Source: a virus (lineage: Duplodnaviria > Caudoviricetes). Taken from it: DNA of 64,000 bases. The translations under genes were made by a program, and so were the position numbers. The notes under the pieces were generated by a model. That model ran no database searches. It saw nothing but the letters and a program-made list of their open reading frames with translations, and had not been told where the DNA came from. Below, piece after piece: positions 63,999 to 64,000 of this stretch (its first letter is position 1; every line of letters starts with the position of its first letter). The stretch is taken from IMG/VR virus record IMGVR_UViG_3300034062_005626. One strand, 5' to 3'.

Positions 63999-64000
63999 CA

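Noticed and set aside
1-64000. Stop-codon reassignment as in some large phages
   Set aside because: Conserved genes (MCP, terminase, DnaK, ClpC) are full length in the standard code and gene density is high.
1-64000. tRNA genes, integrase, transposase, introns/inteins
   Set aside because: Only the tmRNA tRNA-like domain was found; terminase, portal, DnaK and ClpC show no insertions with intein or homing-endonuclease motifs.

Overview
This window is part of a large, very AT-rich, T4-like (myovirus-type) phage genome read in the standard genetic code. The host is almost certainly in Bacteroidota: there are TTTG-N19-TAnnTTTG host promoters, no Shine-Dalgarno sites, a Bacteroidota-type bS21, and a T9SS substrate. 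It contains the head and packaging module (major capsid, scaffold, prohead protease, portal, large terminase), a gp5-like baseplate gene and a putative late sigma factor. It also carries PhoH, bS21, DnaK, an N-domain-less ClpC, a tmRNA with an unusually long tag, two UV-repair genes and several sugar-modifying enzymes. Three candidate systems stand out. (1) About 18 late genes fuse very different cargo domains (annexin-like, acid phosphatase, M15 peptidase, ferritin-like, MORN, membrane and PG-binding proteins) to a short amphipathic N-terminal leader ending in a prohead-protease-type (I/L/V/M)-x-E site. In three genes the leader is nearly identical at DNA level, and two of these also share the promoter region, which suggests a modular capsid-cargo loading system. 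(2) A GT9 and a GT4/autotransporter-heptosyltransferase/FkbM fusion sit beside a 1669-aa Gly-X-Y (GTN/GTS/GSS) collagen-like fibre, which suggests a virion glycosylation system. (3) There is a phage-encoded SprB-repeat T9SS cargo protein. All family assignments come from motif recognition by eye; no searches were run.
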